A stretch of DNA of 64,000 nt from an uncultured Dehalococcoidaceae bacterium (GTDB lineage: Bacteria > Chloroflexota > Dehalococcoidia > Dehalococcoidales > RBG-16-60-22), in contig CAZQQL010000002.1 of assembly GCA_964595455.1 (NCBI GenBank), positions 725-64,724 of the forward strand, written 5' to 3'. A program made the translations under genes and the position numbers. Positions 62,767 through 64,000 of this stretch are shown here, one piece after another. Below the pieces are notes generated by a model. The model was given only the letters and a program-made list of their open reading frames with translations. It searched no databases and was not told the DNA's origin. Position 1 is the stretch's first letter; each line of letters begins with the position of its first letter.

Positions 62767-64000
62767 CTACCCTACCGCCTCGCAGGCGTACCGCACTCCT
62801 TCTGAAAGCGTCGGGTAGGCGTGGAGCACGTCCCCGATGTCCGCCGCCGTCAGGTTAGCCTTCATCGCCGCGGCGATTTCATGGATAAGGACTGAGGCGT
62901 CTGCCCCGATGATATGTCCGCCGAGTATCCGCCCCGAGCTTGCTTCAGCGACAATCTTGATGAACCCGCCGGTATCGCCGGTGATGATCGGGCGCGTCAG
63001 GTCCGCGTTGTCGAACCGTCCCGTCGCCGTCTCAAAGCCTTGCTCCCTCGCCTGCGCCTCGGTCATGCCCACGCTCCCTATCTCGGGGTCGCAGAACGTG
63101 GCCCGGGGCAGGATGTCATACCGCAGTTCGTGCCGCTTGCCGTTGGCGGCATTGAGCGCGGCGATCTCTCCCTGTGCGTTGGCGACGTAGGTGAAGTAGG
63201 AAGTCCCGTTGACATCTCCGGCCGCCCAGATGTGGGGGACATTGGTGCGCAGGCCGGCATCGACCTCGATGCCTTTGCGGTACGTTTTCACGCCGGCCGC
63301 CTCCAGGTCAAGGTCTTTCGTGACCGGCTTTCGCCCGGCCGCCAGAAGGATGGCGGTGCATTCCAGCGCCTGTACCCGGCCATCCTGATCTTCCAGGGTG
63401 AGGACCTGCCCGGAGCCGGACCGTTCCACCTTTGTCAGCTTGACGCCGGTGCTGATGGTGATGCCCTGTTTGCCGAATTGATCCGTCAGGTAGTTAGAAA
63501 TGTCCTTGTCCTCGCCGCTCACGATGCGGTCGCCCATTTCGATGATGTGGACAGCAGCGCCGAAGGCGGAGAAGATCTGTGTGAATTCCACACCCACCGG
63601 CCCGCCGCCGATGACCGCCAGCCGCTCCGGAACGTGGTCGAGTTCCAGTGCCGAGGCATTGGTGAGGTACCCGGCGTCCTGCAGTCCGGGCACAGGCGGG
63701 ACCGCCGGCTTGGAGCCGGTGGCGATGATGACGTTCCTGGTCTCGAAACGGACGTCGCCGACCTCCAGTTCGTGCGGGGAAAGAAACCTGGCCGTTCCCT
63801 TGATCACCTCGACGCCGCGCTTTTCCATCCGCTCGTCGCGCCCGGTCCCGATCCCGCCGATGAGGCGGTCTTTGTACGCCTTGACCTGCGCATAGTCCAC
63901 CGCCTCCCGCAGCGCTGGCAGCCCGTAATGATCGGCCCTTCTCGCCGCTTTGTAGGCCCGGGCGGCCTCGATCATCGCTTTGGTCGGGATGCAGGCGGTG
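62767..64000 (-). CDS. pyridine nucleotide-disulfide oxidoreductase (dihydrolipoyl dehydrogenase / mercuric-reductase-like), N-terminus beyond the window
   Basis: The reading frame stays open to the window edge (...ACIPTKAMIEAAR, i.e. the end of the CxxxxC redox motif). LAVIGGGPVGVEF NAD fold, and C-terminal HAYPTLSE dimerisation motif. Confidence 0.8.
   Translation of the reverse strand, partial: TACIPTKAMIEAARAYKAARRADHYGLPALREAVDYAQVKAYKDRLIGGIGTGRDERMEKRGVEVIKGTARFLSPHELEVGDVRFETRNVIIATGSKPAVPPVPGLQDAGYLTNASALELDHVPERLAVIGGGPVGVEFTQIFSAFGAAVHIIEMGDRIVSGEDKDISNYLTDQFGKQGITISTGVKLTKVERSGSGQVLTLEDQDGRVQALECTAILLAAGRKPVTKDLDLEAAGVKTYRKGIEVDAGLRTNVPHIWAAGDVNGTSYFTYVANAQGEIAALNAANGKRHELRYDILPRATFCDPEIGSVGMTEAQAREQGFETATGRFDNADLTRPIITGDTGGFIKIVAEASSGRILGGHIIGADASVLIHEIAAAMKANLTAADIGDVLHAYPTLSEGVRYACEAVG

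Noticed and set aside
1-64000. CRISPR arrays, rRNA genes, IS elements and transposases.
   Set aside because: I looked for regularly spaced direct repeats, 16S/23S-like conserved strings, and terminal inverted repeats flanking DDE-like ORFs. None were seen.

Overview
64-kb fragment of a high-G+C bacterial chromosome. Spot counts on single 60-nt lines give about 75% G+C in the dehydrogenase gene at 10.3 kb, against 30-45% inside the island at 11.4-14.9 kb. Most of the window is densely packed catabolic and redox genes with striking paralogy: two adjacent family-III CoA-transferases, an acyl-CoA dehydrogenase, an enolase-superfamily enzyme, five cupin genes (six cupin domains), two VOC/glyoxalase proteins, two NTF2/SnoaL-like proteins, several FAD flavoproteins with Fe-S partners, an SDR, a Zn-ADH, MFS and MATE-like transporters, and MarR and LuxR regulators. 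The right end carries housekeeping genes: pcrA/uvrD, mutL and a truncated pyridine-nucleotide disulfide oxidoreductase. The content is reminiscent of Chloroflexota (SAR202/Dehalococcoidia-like), but that is only a guess from gene content. No rRNA, tRNA, CRISPR array, transposase or integrase was recognised. Three regions stand out. (1) An AT-rich, translationally coupled cassette at 11.37-14.93 kb encodes a 523-aa methyltransferase-fold protein, an SplB/COG1533-type radical SAM enzyme, a ParB/Srx-domain protein and one or two small ORFs. This is my best candidate for an undescribed DNA-modification or defence-type system. (2) A 13-kb locus at 42.3-56.7 kb holds four XRE-type HTH genes, an ImmA/IrrE-like peptidase, a zinc-ribbon protein, a repeat lipoprotein and an operon of three secreted proteins (one 1544 aa and extremely Cys-rich). 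It ends in an orphan, divergent FtsZ/tubulin-superfamily GTPase. (3) The transcription units of that locus share a promoter/leader motif (TTGACAA, then 16-19 nt, then a TAnAAT-like -10, then G[TA]ACGC..AGGGAC). All functional calls rest on motif recognition by eye in the supplied translations. No database search was possible.
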